From Eledone cirrhosa (Eukaryota), in the NCBI GenBank assembly GCA_964016885.1, contig OZ024747.1:66712001-66776000 (forward strand): 64,000 bases of DNA, read 5' to 3'. The notes below the pieces were generated by a model. That model was not told the DNA's origin and did not search any database. It was given only the letters and a program-made list of their open reading frames with translations. Below are positions 1-13,110 of this stretch, piece after piece; within the stretch, counting starts at the first letter, position 1; the number at the start of each line of letters is the position of its first letter. Made by a program: the position numbers and the translations under genes.

Positions 1-1985
1 TAGTCTTTTTCTGTGATGCTGGTGTTGTGTTGGATGTGGTGTAATAATTGCTTGTTGTTCAAATTAAATGCTGTGTAGTGTGTATCGTTTTGGTTGTTTT
101 GTTTTGTTTGCGTTTGTTCTGGGTTTGTTTCTGTTTCGCATTTTGGTGACTTTTGTGGTGTAGGTGATGGTGGTGTTGGGGTTAATGATGGTGATGGTGT
201 TGGTGTTTGGGTTGATGGGGTTGGTGATGCTGGTGTGGATGGTGGCATATCTGTCCTAACTTTTTTGTTTGTTAATTTATTTGTTTCCCTCTGTATTTTG
301 TTTTTGGAGGGGGAAGGAAGAGAATTTTTTCTTTTTTGGTTTCTTTATTTTTTTCCTGATACCGTTTCCCACTCCTCGTCGTCACAATCTGTCTCCAGTT
401 GTGATAGGCCGGGGAGTGGAAAATCCTCCACAGGCGTTAGTTTTGGTTGTGGCGTGGTGGATGGTGTAGGCGCTGGTGCTACTTCTGAAGCGTTGGGTGG
501 TGGTGGTGTTGGTTTTGCTGGTGGTGGTGGTGTTGGTTGTGCTACTGTTGCTGGGGTTGTTGCTGTTATAGTTGCTTCTGTTGTTGCTGCTACAGTTGTT
601 GCTGCCATCTCTGCTACTGGTGGTGTTGATGGTTGTGTCACTGGGGTGGGTAGGAGAGGTGGCCTCAACCTTTTAGCCTGAGGGCAGAAAGCCCTTAGGT
701 GGATTCCTTCACCACAAACGACACACCTAGGCCTTCTGCCCTCGACAATTACGGTGAGGTGGCTGCCGTCAGTGAGGTCTATTACCTCTGGGATCTCCTC
801 AATGCTTTTTTGGTCCGCTTGGATCAGGAGCTCCATCCCAGATCCGGACCAGTTCTCCTGCTTTTCTTTTGCTATTGCTATTATCTTTGTGTTGGCTTCG
901 ATGCCGGCGAGGACGGCCGCTATTAGCCAGGGAATTTCGATGGCCGGTGGAACGTGGGTCACCCTGATCTTTACAAGTCTCTGGCCACAATAGCTTTGGA
1001 CGAGTGTGAAGTCGTCACTTCTTAATGGAGCCATGGAGTGTTCTCTAGCCTCCTCTGGTGTTTCAAAGAACACGTCCACGGTTCCATATTTCTGCCCACG
1101 TCTGATGTGGGTTAATTTTGCCCACACATGTCCCAAAGCTTTTTGGATTTGGGACTCGGATGCCCGTTCCCCTCGGCGCGATTTTACATTTATTGTTCGA
1201 TACGACACGGTGCATAGGCGCCGATGCTCCATTTTATTAGGGGGGGGCTGACCCTGTACCCATCTTTCTTTACCATTTGTTTGGCATTTTCTAATTCCTC
1301 CTGAGTTACCGTATATGCTTCGCACTGTTTTGCTACTCTGGCAAAACTCAGGGTGGTTTTTTTAATGTCATTGTTGTTGTTGTTGCTATCGTTATTTTTG
1401 TTATTATTAATTTTAGTTTCAGTTGTGGTGGTGGTGACGTCAGTGGTGTTGGGTGTGGAAGTGGAAGAGTCCATTTTGGTTGAAATTATTTCGTCATCAC
1501 GAGTTGATTTATTTTTTCCTTTTGTTTCTGTTGTCGCGGTGGTGGTGGGGGTGGTGGTTGTCGCGGTGGTGGTGGTGGTGGTGGAGGCTTTAACACCTGC
1601 AGTCATTGGTAATGGCGGGAAATGAATGTCTGCCTGAGACAAATTTAAAATATTGCTACTGCTTATATTTTTTGTAGTGTTGGCAAACGTAGTAACATTT
1701 ACAATGGTGGTGTCGGTGTGAGGTGTTAATTTGTGAGGAAGGCTTTCAGCTGCTTGGTGCAGAGGTGAATTAGCCATTTTTTTCAAAGAAATTTTTTGAT
1801 AATCATAAAAGTTTAAATTTTGGGCACAAGGCCCCAATCTTTTTGGGTGTCCTTTTCGGAAAACAATGTATGTGCGCTTATATATAGTTAACAATAAAGA
1901 TTTTCCATAAATGGCAATTTTTAACAAACGGAAATAACAAACCTTTGCGGAGCTCACGATGATACGATTTACTACGTAGGTCACC
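1..1985 (-). mobile_element. L1/Tx1-like non-LTR retrotransposon copy A: 5' region and ORF1, continuing beyond the window start
   Basis: ORFs 1190..2029 and 345..1325 form a frameshifted ORF1 homologous to ORF1 of copy B (shared ESQIQKALG / YGTVDVFF / SYCGQ / IPWL.A.VLAGI / VEGRRP). It starts right after the (ATT)n tail of copy B. Confidence 0.8.
345..1325 (-). pseudogene. Tx1/L1-like ORF1 (gag-like) with CCHC zinc knuckle; frameshifted relative to the upstream part
   Basis: CVVCGEGIHLRAFC matches C-x2-C-x4-H-x4-C, followed by a Pro/Thr-rich linker. Confidence 0.75.
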
Positions 1986-2313
1986 AATAATAATAATAAT
2001 AATAATAATGATTTCTTTATTGGCCACAAGGGCTGACATCAAGAAAAACATCACAGACGGAACAGGACGGTACGATGTGGGTTTTGTGCGTGTAAATATT
2101 TTTTATTATTTATATAAGAAAAGAAAAAAGACATAACACATATATATATATAAACAATAAAATGATAATTGAAACAATGAAAAAATCCCCAATAGGGGGA
2201 AACCTCCGAGGGTTACTCGTGGCGAAAACCACACAAAAGACCACGGCCACCCTGACTACCAGGGCAAGCGCCTTCTCTCAATTTTTCCATCTCTCGAACC
2301 ATTCTCGCTACAT

Positions 2314-3147
2314 TCACCCACCTTTCAACAAACTTGCTAGAAAGCAGCACTTGCCTCTCCACCCTGATTTCCTCTTGAAGTGAAACTTGAAAAAGTTAAT
2401 TAGGGATTCGCCGAAGAGGAAAGTGTTTGTCTTTAATCCTTTTAACCTTGTCCACCACACAATCTCTTTCGCCATGGCCACCAGGCAGATGAAAACCCCC
2501 TGCCCTTCCTCCTCAAAGGAAGACGGCGAGACCATCTGCACAATGGACTCAGTTGACAACCGGATCAGTCCCACACGTGACAGCAACTGTTAGACATAGC
2601 TCCACAAGTCAGCAATGCTCGGGCACTGAACGAATGCGTGCACAACGGTTTCGTCGCTATGCGCGCATCTCCGACAGGCTCGGCTGACGGCACTTCCGTG
2701 CCTGTAGAGATTATCTCGAACCGGCAACGCTCCCCGGTAGCACTGCCAGGCCAGGGATTTTTGGAAGTTATCCATAGGCCCCGGGCTGAAATTTCTCCGG
2801 AAGAGAGCAAACAGCTGATCTTCTTCGATGCTCAGGATCTCTCCGAGAACGTCGTCGCTCTTCCCCTCCACTAGTCCTCTACAGAACGCCGAGGTGGATG
2901 TTCCACCGATACTGGTGCCCAACTGGGAGAGGGCAGTGAGCGCCTGGAGACATTCCAGTTTCCAAGCGCTATCCCTCGGTCTTTTTCTGACCCAGGACTG
3001 CAGCTCCGTCAAGGAGACGAGCTGTGGGAAAATGTGTCTGGCGAACGGCGACCACACCCGTTCACCATCAAGGAAGCACCAGAGATGTCGCAGCCTCAGC
3101 GCTTGTTTGCGCATCATCAGCCATGGCATGCCCAGTCCTCCACGCAA
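2314..3147 (-). pseudogene. ORF2 C-terminal region with zf-RVT-like CCHC motif
   Basis: GGLGMP motif, CRRCAHSDETVVHAFVQC, AKEIVWWTR. Confidence 0.85.
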
Positions 3148-3168
3148 CGGGTGTTGACAGCAGATGGA

Positions 3169-4542
3169 TCATCTGACCATGGGAGCGCGTCCCTTCCACA
3201 AAAAGCGGAAGAGGAGGCGCTCCATTTTGGTGAGAGTTGGGCTGGAGCAAGGGACGACGGTGAGGCGGTAGCAGATGACGGATGCGATGTACGCATTCGC
3301 CACTTCCGCCCGGCCTTTCAGGGACAGCTTCCTCTCAGCCCATTTCTGGGTGAGGGAGGCCACTCTGCTCGTCACATCGTTCCAGTTTTTCTCCATCTGG
3401 AGGTCCGGTCCGAACCAGACCCCGAGCAATTTAACCGGTCCGCCCGTCCAACGCACCACGACGTTGTCGGACGGCATGGACTTGCCTCTCCAGGAGCCTA
3501 GCTGCAAGCCCACCGACTTTTCCTGGTTTATCTTTGCTCCTGTCACCGCTTCGTATTCCTTGAGAGCGGTGCCGAGCATCTGGACGTGTCTGGTGCTCGA
3601 CACCACCACGGTGACGTCGTCAGCGTAAGCCGACTCGGATTTCCCGCATCCTAGTTCGCGTGGGACGCCCCTCATCGCCCCCAGTTTGTGTAGTAACGGC
3701 TCGAGAGCCAATACGTACAAGAGGGACGAGAGGGGACAACCCTGGCGGACTGAGCGCATGATGCTGAACGGCTGCGACAGGTGACCGTTCACCCTCACAA
3801 CTGAGCAGATGTCGCTGTACATTGCTGCGATCCAACGCCTGAAAACGGGCCCGAAACCGGCTGCCTCGAGGACCGCCGCCAGGTACCGATGGTCGACCCT
3901 ATCGAATGCTTTAGATTGACCCAAGTTGATCAGGGCCCCACCCTTGCCAGGTTCCTTAACCACCCTCTCTATGATGTATCGCATGAGGTGGGGGTTGTCG
4001 TGTATTGATCTGTCCGGAATGGCGCATGTCTGCGCCTCTCCCACCAGACCCTTGACGACAAGCGCCAACCTCGTTGCTATCACCTTGGCCAAAATCTTGA
4101 ACTCTGCGTTTAGCAGGGTTATGGGCCAGAAATTATCAATAACATCCCCCTTGTTCGGGTCTTTTCTCAGCAGCGCCACTGCTCCCCGGCTCACAAAACT
4201 GGGAATGCTCCCGTTCTGCTGCCAGTTGCAGTAGACGTCTGCCAAGAGGTCACCGAACAAGTCTGGCATAAATGCATAAAGCTCGTAGGGCAGACCATCT
4301 AAACCTGGCGATTTACCTCTTGTGCAGTTAGCCATCGCTTCCCTTATTTCACCAGCTGTTATTGGCTTTTCGCAACACTGTGCTGCGGTCGTCGAGAGCC
4401 GAGGCAGTCCGTCGAGGTATGCACTGAAGTCCATGCCCCGATCCGGGCCGCCGCCGCTCCCGAACAGTTCAGCAAAGTGCTGTTGAAAAGGTTCGCACAT
4501 CCGCTCGGGTTCGAGCATCACGCACCTGTTTTCGTCAGGCAA
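3169..4542 (-). pseudogene. ORF2 reverse transcriptase domain (L1/Tx1 clade)
   Basis: SPGLDGLP, PITLLNAEFKILAK, KAFDRVDH, VRQGCPLS, AYADD, KLLGVWF. Confidence 0.93.
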
Positions 4543-5693
4543 AGACCGAATTGTTGCTTTGTTGCCACGTGGTGCCTCTGCTACCCGGGCCCATGGCTTT
4601 TGTCCCCTCGTGTTTCAGAGCACGCGCTCTAGCTCTGACAATGCAGCCTTCGTGTTTTGCGTTGAAGAATTGATTGAGTGCCAATCTCGCCGCAAGCACG
4701 TCGGTTGCGATGCCTGTCCTAAACGCCTCTTCTAGCTTTCTGACTAGCTCTCCCTCTACTCTATTTTTCTCTATCACTACTCCTTTGCTAAACCTAATCG
4801 ACTCTACTTTAATTGCCCTGTTCAGGGCGAACCACCACCTGTTGTTGACGACCGCTCCTGTCAACTCCCGCTTAACTAATATGCTAATCCGGTCTCTGTA
4901 GGCCTTGCGCGCCGGGAAAGACGCATTCAGCTTCCAGTAACCAGGCCCTTGTCTATGAAGTTTGTCTATGTCGATCTCACAGATCACAAATTTGTGGTCT
5001 GTGTAGTCGACTATTTTAAATTGTGGACAACTTAAACTACCCTTATCTAGTTCCCTGCAGAATACCCTATCTAGATACGATCTGGATGACTCGATGCAGT
5101 TTGTCCATATCCACATTGGCACATTCGGGTGATCCAGTCGATATCTGTCAGACAGTTCAAAACGTCTGAGCAGGTTGGTGAGGCTCTTGCACCTCCTCTC
5201 CTATCCACTAGCCCCACACGATCCCAGCGTGCATCCAAGATACCGTTCCAGTCGCCCACTAACGCTAAAGAGCGGGACGTTCCAAGAAAGGTCTCTAGAC
5301 GTCTGAAGATTCTGGCCGTCCTGCCCCTGTTGGGGCGTAGACGGCTACTAGCCTGAAAGCATTGCCTTCGCTGCCGGTCACGTCCAGCACCACTGACTTA
5401 CCTTCTGGGTCCAGGAAGATGGCGCGTATCGCGAGATCCAAGCCTCTCCGAAAAAAGACGGTAACCCCTCCCCCCGATCCTGGACGGCTGGGAGATGCGT
5501 ATACATCGTAGCCGCCAAATATCGGTGCGAAGGCCCGTGCCTCGGAGATTCTGGTTTCACTGATGGCCACCACATCTATGTTTAGTGACTTGAGGTCATT
5601 GAGCAGGTGACCCTTATTCCAAGATGACCCCAGGCCACGTGCATTTATACTGCCTATTTTGAGTACAGCCATGTTGGATGAGAAACGGGGCAA
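4535..5693 (-). pseudogene. ORF2 N-terminal AP-like endonuclease domain, frameshifted
   Basis: Motifs SINARGL, VVAISET, VAVYAP, GDWN, SYLDRVF, TDHKFV and GPGYWKLN across three ORF pieces. Confidence 0.9.
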
Positions 5694-7750
5694 ATGAGAA
5701 AGGGTCTCTTACCTTGTACGTGTGGTGAAGGGACAGTAGAACCGTCCCTTTCGCTGGTCATGGGTGTTTCCAAAAGGATGTTAGTGTATATCCTCTTGGT
5801 AACCGTCCCTCTGAAGTCTCCAACTGCGTTGGGGAATTTTTGTTTTAAAAGTTTGTATTGTTCTATTGAGATTTCGATGATGCTTATGTTTGTCGGGAGA
5901 GTTCTTGGTGTTGGTGGAGTGTAGTAGTTTTTTTCCGTGATGTCTGTGTGCTGCTTTATATATTTTATGAGTTCTTTTTTTGCTATGTTTATGGCTGTGT
6001 ACTTTTTTGGGTGAGGGGTGATTTTGTTGCCGTTTTCTTCTTGTTGCTGTTTGGTGTGTGTGTCTTGTGTTTGCATTGTTGGTGTTTGTGGTGGTGTTGC
6101 TGCAAGTTTCCTTGCTGCCTTTACCCCTCTTTGTATGCCTTCGCTTTTGGAGGGTGAATCTAAGGGTTTTTTGTTTTTTGTTTTTTGTTTTTTGTTTTTT
6201 GTTTTTTGTGGCAGACTGTTTGCCACGTCACTCCCGCCTCAAACTCCATGTCGGATTCTGTGACGTCTGGGAAGGGTATGTGCTCCACGGCTGTTGGTGG
6301 TGGTAGTGGAGCCCTCTTCGGCAATTTTGTTGCTGGTGTAGCTATTTCAAATGTAGCTATTGGTGTTGCCGCTGCTGATGATGCTGCTTTAGTTATCCGT
6401 GGCCTTGGTACGGGTGCTACGGACGTTGCCCTCCTACTCACCGTGGAAGGGGCTTCTTCGTTTGTTGCCTGTCCTGCTCTTGGTAGCAGCGGACCAGGTA
6501 TTGGAAGGAGAGGGGCCCTCTTCGATGTCTTCTGCGGGCAAAAGGCCCTGAGTTGACCTTTCAACCCACAGAGATAACATTTTGGCCGTCTTCCTTCTAC
6601 ACTTATAGGGAGTTGGAGTCCTTCCTCGAAGTCTATGATATCGGGGATAGCCTCGATACATTCCTGGTCAGTTTGTATAAGCATTTGCATGCCTATACCT
6701 GACCAGTTCTCTCTCCCTATTCTTTCTACTTGCAGCATGGTCGCCCTCCCCTGTTGTCAATTCCAGCAAGGACAGACGCGGCCAGCCAAGGTATGGGCAC
6801 GTCGGATGGGACCTGGGTCACTTTGACCCTCACAATTTTCTGCCCGCAGTAGGAGGGCACCAAGACTAACTCCTTACTCTTTAGGGTTTCCAAAGAGTGA
6901 GACTTTGCTTCCTGGGGGTGGCGAAAAGTACGTCTACTGTGGCGTACTTTCTGCCTCGGGTGATGTGAGTTTTGCGTGCCCAGATGCACCCCAAGGCCTT
7001 TTGGATTTGAGCCTCCGTGGCTCTCTCCACTCGATGTGAGATTTTGCTTACGGTGCGCTAAGTCACCGTCCGTAGCTGCTGGTCCTTGAAAAAATCGGGT
7101 GGAGGTTTCAGGGAGACTCTATTTGCGCTTCTTGTCACTATGGCCCTTGCGACTGCCATCTCCTCCTCTGTGACTAACACTGTCTCGATATTTCTGGCGA
7201 CACCTGCAAAAGAAGTGGACCCTTTTTCAGCAGCACCACTATTGCTGCCGATACTGGTCTTACTGGTGGTGCTGAGGTCGCTATTACAGGTTTCGGTGTC
7301 ATTGTTGTTCTTTTCGCTGGTACAGTTGTTGGTGTTATTTTCGTTGATACTGTTGCTGCTGTTACTGTTATTGTGGCTGTTGTTATTATTGTTGTTTTTG
7401 TTGATACTGTTCCTACTATTATTGTTGTTGTGGCTGTTGTTATTGTCATCGTTATTGTCGTTCTCGACCTTACCGCTGTTAATTTTGTTATTGTCGTTCT
7501 TGACTTTACCGCTGTTATTTTTGGTGTTGTTGTTGGTGATGTTGTTGGTGTTATTGTTGGTGTTGTTTGTGTTAGAAATATTTGGTAATTTTAAATCTGT
7601 AACAATCTTTTTTTCCTTTGTAATATTTTCGTTTATATTTACCTCCGCTGGGACGCTGTCTTGTTGACATGCTGATAAAGTCCCCCTCTCTCTGTGTTGT
7701 CTGACAGCGCCCTCTCTCTTTCTTGTGTTATCCATGTTGAAATTTTTCAA
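5654..7750 (-). pseudogene. Tx1-like ORF1, frameshifted; Asn-rich N-terminus and degenerate zinc knuckle
   Basis: Pieces 7058..7750, 6726..6989, 6160..6738 and 5654..6226. CYLCGLKGQLRAFC (H replaced by Q). Homologous to copy A ORF1. Confidence 0.8.
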
Positions 7751-7947
7751 AAAAAATATTTTTACACAAATACGAATACGACACCCCGTAAAGGGGTGCC
7801 GTATTATTTACTAGTGAACCCCTGTATTAGGTGGGTCACTTCTTCTAAACTTTTATCAAATTTAAAACTTGAATAAAAGGTTTAGAACGGTTGAAAAAGA
7901 GGTAAAACGTTGAAAAAGACTGGAGGCGCTAAGAAGCGTGGCTTCAC

Positions 7948-8358
7948 CAACAATAATGATAATAATAATAATAATAATGCTTTCTTTATTGACCACAAGG
8001 GTTGATACAAAGTATAACATGAAGGACAACACAAGACAATACAGGACGGTACAAATGGGAATTTCTGCGTGTAAAAAACAAAAACAGACGATGTAACAAA
8101 AACAAAAGAAACAAGGAATAATTCCCTAATAGGAAGGAAACTTCCGAGGGTCACTCGTGGAGAAAGCCCACAAAAAGGCCACAGTTATCCTGACCGCTAC
8201 GACAAGCGCCCTCTCCCAGTTTTCCTCCTGCAATGCTACAGGCACACGCTCCATTCTTGCCTCTCCCACCCATCTTTCAACAAATTGGCTGGAAGGTAAG
8301 ACTTCCTTCTCCACCCTGATCTTCCTTTTCAGCTGAAACCTGAAAAAGTTATTGAGGC
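7948..8358 (-). mobile_element. Tx1-like LINE copy C, 3' fragment with (ATT)n tail
   Basis: FFRFQLKRKIRVEKEVL matches the ORF2 C-terminus. The 3' end CCTTGTGGTCAATAAAGAAAGC(ATT)n resembles copy B. Confidence 0.85.
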
Positions 8359-8359
8359 C

Positions 8360-9117
8360 GTCACAATCTGCACTGCACAGGAGCAATCCTCGAGGACAAA
8401 TATATCATGTACCATATTGATAAAACTAGTGATTCCCCTTTGTGCAGGGTATGTGAAGATAAAGGAGTGACTATAAGTCACATAGTAAGCCGATGCTTCA
8501 AACTTTCTCAAAGAGAATACAAGAGAAGGCATCACAACATAGCATGTGTCGTTGAAGCTTTGTGAGACGTTTTACATTGCGAGAGCTAATAAATGGTATG
8601 ATCATAACCCAAAGAGTGTCATTGATAGCGATGAGGGTAAAATATTGTGAGATTTTATGATACAATATGATTGAAGCAATATGTGACAATATGATTGAAG
8701 CAAGAAGACCTGATATAGTAATTGTCAACAAGAAAATCAAACACTGTTTTATACTAGATATTGCAGTTCCTGGTGACAACAGAGTGGACAAAAAAGAGGG
8801 AGGAGGAGATAAACATGTATGGAGACCTCAAACTGGAAATTACCACATTATATCAAACGAAGAAAGTAGAAATAGTGCTTCTAGTAGTTAGAGCACTTGG
8901 AACGGAAATTAGGGGATTGGCTCGTGAAGCTTGGAATAAAAATAAAAACATACACACTCCAAACGACAGCCTTGTTAGGAACAGAAAGAATTTTGAGAAA
9001 AGTGTTAGTGAATTAAATTTGAAGGAAGCTTTAGAACTTCTAGTCATTTGCTATGACCCACTTTCAAAGCTTAAATTTAATTGAAGATTTTCCAGCATTC
9101 AAGAGATAATAATAATA
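8360..9117 (+). mobile_element. R4/Dong-clade LINE 3' fragment (zinc finger + restriction-like endonuclease), degenerate
   Basis: AQEQ, SHIVS, KWYDHNP, IEARRPDIVIVNKK...ILDIAVPGDNRV; ends in (TAA)n. Confidence 0.85.
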
Positions 9118-9699
9118 GGGTTTTCTCATAGAAATGCAGTAGGAATGGGGCTCGACGGGCTGGACAACTAACGTTATAGAAAAACATGTGTAGAGACAAT
9201 GTCGTTAACAATAAACAAATCAATTTGATAAAATGTGAAATAAAAGACTATTATAAAACACATGGCATAAACATTTAGAGTTACCCACCTACACACAAGT
9301 GTAGGTGGGTAACTTGTTGTGTCGAATCAGAATATTCTACATTGCCGTTCACCCCACCATGCATTATATATTTCCCGGGATCACCAAAATTTGCCATAAG
9401 TATTTCTTCAAGGACTTTGTCAACCAAAGCATCCATATCTTCTGGAAGGAAGTAACTTTTCGTATATGTCTTTGAGAGCCTTTGAGACAGATGGGAGAGT
9501 GGTACACATAGATATATGATGACACATATAGATATAATAACTGACGAATAGATGAAAGCTAGCTCTACTTCTTCATAATACATTCAGGAATCGCAAACAT
9601 AAGGTTCTAAAAACCTTCGCTAAGTACAAACCACTACCTCCCTACGGACAACTGACGCTGCACACCAGGTCCGAACAATGGAAGAGACGAATTCCCACT

Positions 9700-10010
9700 G
9701 TCATCACCTCCATCTCTTTCGCTCTCCCCATCTCTCTGTATTATGAGCAAATGGAGTCCCACGGGCTGGCCGCCCTACAGCTCCGGCGGACAGAGTTGAG
9801 AAGGCGTTTCCCTGGAGGATGGTAAGGGAGATGCGCTGGAAGAGCCATTCCATCTCACGAGGCTCACATCTGCAGCTAGCCAACTCAGCGCCTATGTTGG
9901 TAAGTAGGGAGGTAGCCCTGTGGCCAAGGACATCAGAAGTCTCGACTGCTAGGGGCACGACCGCAAATCTGTCGAAGAGCGACCGATACTTAGAGAGATA
10001 TCACTGAGGA
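9700..10010 (-). mobile_element. CRE-like non-LTR retrotransposon C-terminal relic
   Basis: PLAVETSDVLG...EPREMEWLFQRISLTILQGNA matches the typical P.AVET.G...FQR.S..IQRGNA end of CRE-like REL elements. Confidence 0.7.
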
Positions 10011-11389
10011 TCGTGATATCACATTTTCCGTATTTTCTTTATGACAGGTCTCTGGGACCCATATCATTAAACCACCCAGGAAATCTTCTGTGAGATGCAG
10101 CCCCATAGGAGGCCAACTAAATCTGAATATGTGTGAGCTATAACAAAAGCATTATATATGTATATTTAACGATAGGCCTAGGGTTCCTAAAATTCAAACA
10201 CCCCAACACTTTCACCTGTGAGATACAACATCCTAGGAGGACGTCTAAACCTACATAGGTGTGGGTTGTAAGAACAAAACACACATATAAAGGATAGAAC
10301 AGTTGGCCCTAACTTACCTTTCCCCGACAAACCTATCAGATGGAACCTCGTGCTATCACAAATGAGAAACTCAAATTTATGAAATATATTCTTCAGCATA
10401 TTTGTCAATTACCGATAGGTTATGCAGACAAAAGTCTCATTCTCGTAGACTCCAATAAACGACAGTTCTGAATGTAACTTTAGATCGTCTCTTTCTCACG
10501 ATTATCACATTCGGGAATTATTTTGTTCTAGACTTCAGTTCTATAATTGAATATAATAATATTACCATTCTAAAGAAATGTGTGTTATACGTTAATAAAT
10601 TACAAGTTGACAAAATAAAATTCGTAAAAATAAGCACTTGGCATAAAATATATTATATCTCAGTTCACTGCAAATAATTACAAAATTGAAAATAAGATTA
10701 CAATATATGTTCAGAAACTCACACGAACCTGCAGACGCGTCAATGAAGAAGCTTTACTTGGTCAATCGACTGGCTAGAAACGGCAGCCAAATTAACCATA
10801 AATGACACAGTACCGTTTTAGAAAAGGAAGGCTCATTTGAATAATGTGATAGTGGATAAACTATACGATAATAAGACTAGACTTCTTGGCCAAGTGTGGA
10901 CACTTTAATCGTAAGATTGCTTGATCAGAACTGATTCAGATTCGTTTACGCTGTGCAACATCTCGCGAAAATATCATTTAGCATAGACTCGGGTCGTGTT
11001 AAGCCTTGTGAGTAACGCTGGGGTGAATGGAACAGTTTGGAAGCTCTTTGAACTGACCTGTCTATAATTAAAAAACAGTCTTGTCACACACAGTGTCCCA
11101 GGGATCATTACAGTAAACCATGATAAGGGTACACGTGTGTGTGGAATTCTCAGCCACTTACACTATAATACAAGATGGATGAATGTACCTGAAATTCAAA
11201 GAGCCTGTCATGTCACATTCTGTGCAACACTAAATCTCCACGAGAATTACGTTATGGGTACACATATCTGTGGAATGCTCAGCCAATCAGGTTCCGGCAA
11301 CTGATTCAGCCAGATGTCTTGGCTCCCACTCCAGATGTTTCCGCACTCAGCAATCACTACAGGTCTGTGCTCTTCGTCACGTGTAAGAG

Positions 11390-11710
11390 GAGTCACGGTG
11401 TTGTGACGTCTCCTGTTCTTATTGCCATATTAGGATTTTCTTTGTCTATCTCTTTGGTCTCCCTCAACTGTGATCTGAATGACGGTTTTTGACAATGAAT
11501 CGTAGCGGGATACGTAACCGTACCAGGTGAGTTTCTGTCACAAACCATGCTTCTGTATGCCAGCATATTTATTCACACGTTGCCTGACTAAATTGTTTGC
11601 CTTGCGGTCTGTTTACAGGAAGCGTAACAGCCTTCTGAAGCACTTATACTCGAAAGCCTGGATTCTTCGGTCCATGTAGTCTGTAACATTCTAGTTCTTA
11701 CATCCATAAC
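11390..11710 (-). mobile_element. RTE-clade LINE 3' relic
   Basis: Manual translation YGCKN*NVTDYMDRRIQAFEYKCFRRLL...LTWYGYVSR...TVEG matches the RTE C-terminal consensus. Confidence 0.75.
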
Positions 11711-12304
11711 AAAGAATCGAAGTTACCAGAGACTTGCGCAAAAAACTGGGACACTCTTCATCGGAACCGACGGAGATCCAGCACGTGTGTATAAATATGC
11801 CTGAAAGGATGTACGAGCGTGTGTGTGTAACTGAGTATGTGTGTCTATTATCTACCATCCATTTGCTAATAAATGGCTCTATGTGTAATTCAATGAGCTA
11901 TGTATTTCAAACTCAGTACATAATTCTAAAGGGCTGCATGAAAGACGCGGAAACATTTCTTTAACAACATACTGTTAGTCGAGATAATTTATTATTTCAA
12001 AACCCTTTAGCTCATTAACTGGATATGATCGACAGGGAGGAGAACCTTGCTCTGGGAAGAAAGAGAAAGGGAGTAAAATAGAGTGGTTTAATTGATTATA
12101 AGTCTGCATGTCAACACATATATTCCCATTCGCACATACAAACACACGCATACATAAGTATATATACATATAAAGATATATAATAATATACCAACTCAAA
12201 TGTAATTAAATATCTAGATATGCATCAATTTCAAAGTACGTTTATATAAAAGGCATCCATTTTACAAGCAGTGAGGAATACACTCACACACAAATATATA
12301 TATA

Positions 12305-12364
<60 letters not shown>

Positions 12365-12433
12365 CGTATATATGTATACAGTGTCTCTGTTATTGAAAAT
12401 TAAGTATTGTCTGATGATCCTGCGAGGGCAAAC

Positions 12434-12533
12434 GTCTAGTGTAACAAGACTTAACACTTAGTCATGAAATGAGTGTGTATATATATATATACATTCATTT
12501 CATGACTAAGTGTTAAGTCTTGTTACACTAGAC
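12434..12533. repeat. Fold-back hairpin (~40-bp arms around a TA loop)
   Basis: gtctagtgtaacaagacttaacacttagtcatgaaatga is followed by its reverse complement. A degenerate hammerhead core lies immediately upstream at 12411-12436. Confidence 0.9.
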
Positions 12534-12572
12534 TTTACTCACTCTCTCTCTCTCTCTCTCTCTATCTCTCTT

Positions 12573-12651
<79 letters not shown>

Positions 12652-13075
12652 GGAGAGAGATTTTATATATATATAGGGAGGAAGAGATTATATGTATACA
12701 CACACATACACACTCGCCCCCCCCCCCCCCTCCATATATATATATACACACGCATACATTTTAAACTCTTGAAGTAATTACTTACTCAATATATTAGAAA
12801 TATACGGAAATTAAAATCTCTCGGTTGATAGCCTCATTTTTCATCTGATCTGTAGAGGACAGCGGAAGACTTTTCATTCAGTTCCTTACAATTACCACAT
12901 TGCTTGTGATAATTCACTAACTGATTTAGTACGCAAGCGACACACATTCATCAGGCAAATGCTATTCTTTATACACTGCATTATTTATATATATAATCAA
13001 TATAAGCGTCCGTATATAGCTGCTATACCATGATAGACTGGGAAAGTTATATAATACCCCTTATAATTAAGAGTG

Positions 13076-13110
<35 letters not shown>

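Larger units (their letters stand above)
1986..7947 (-). mobile_element. Near full-length L1/Tx1-like LINE copy B (ORF1 + ORF2, disrupted)
   Basis: ORF1 pieces lie at 5654-7750 and ORF2 pieces at 2314-5693. The 3' end reads CCTTGTGGCCAATAAAGAAATC(ATT)n on the minus strand. Confidence 0.92.

Noticed and set aside
94-7667. Plus-strand ORFs such as 94..681 and 7086..7667
   Set aside because: They are antisense shadows of low-complexity Tx1 ORF1 regions.
9680-9702. attcccactgtc resembles 28S rRNA near R-element target sites
   Set aside because: Only about 12 nt match, with no flanking rRNA similarity.
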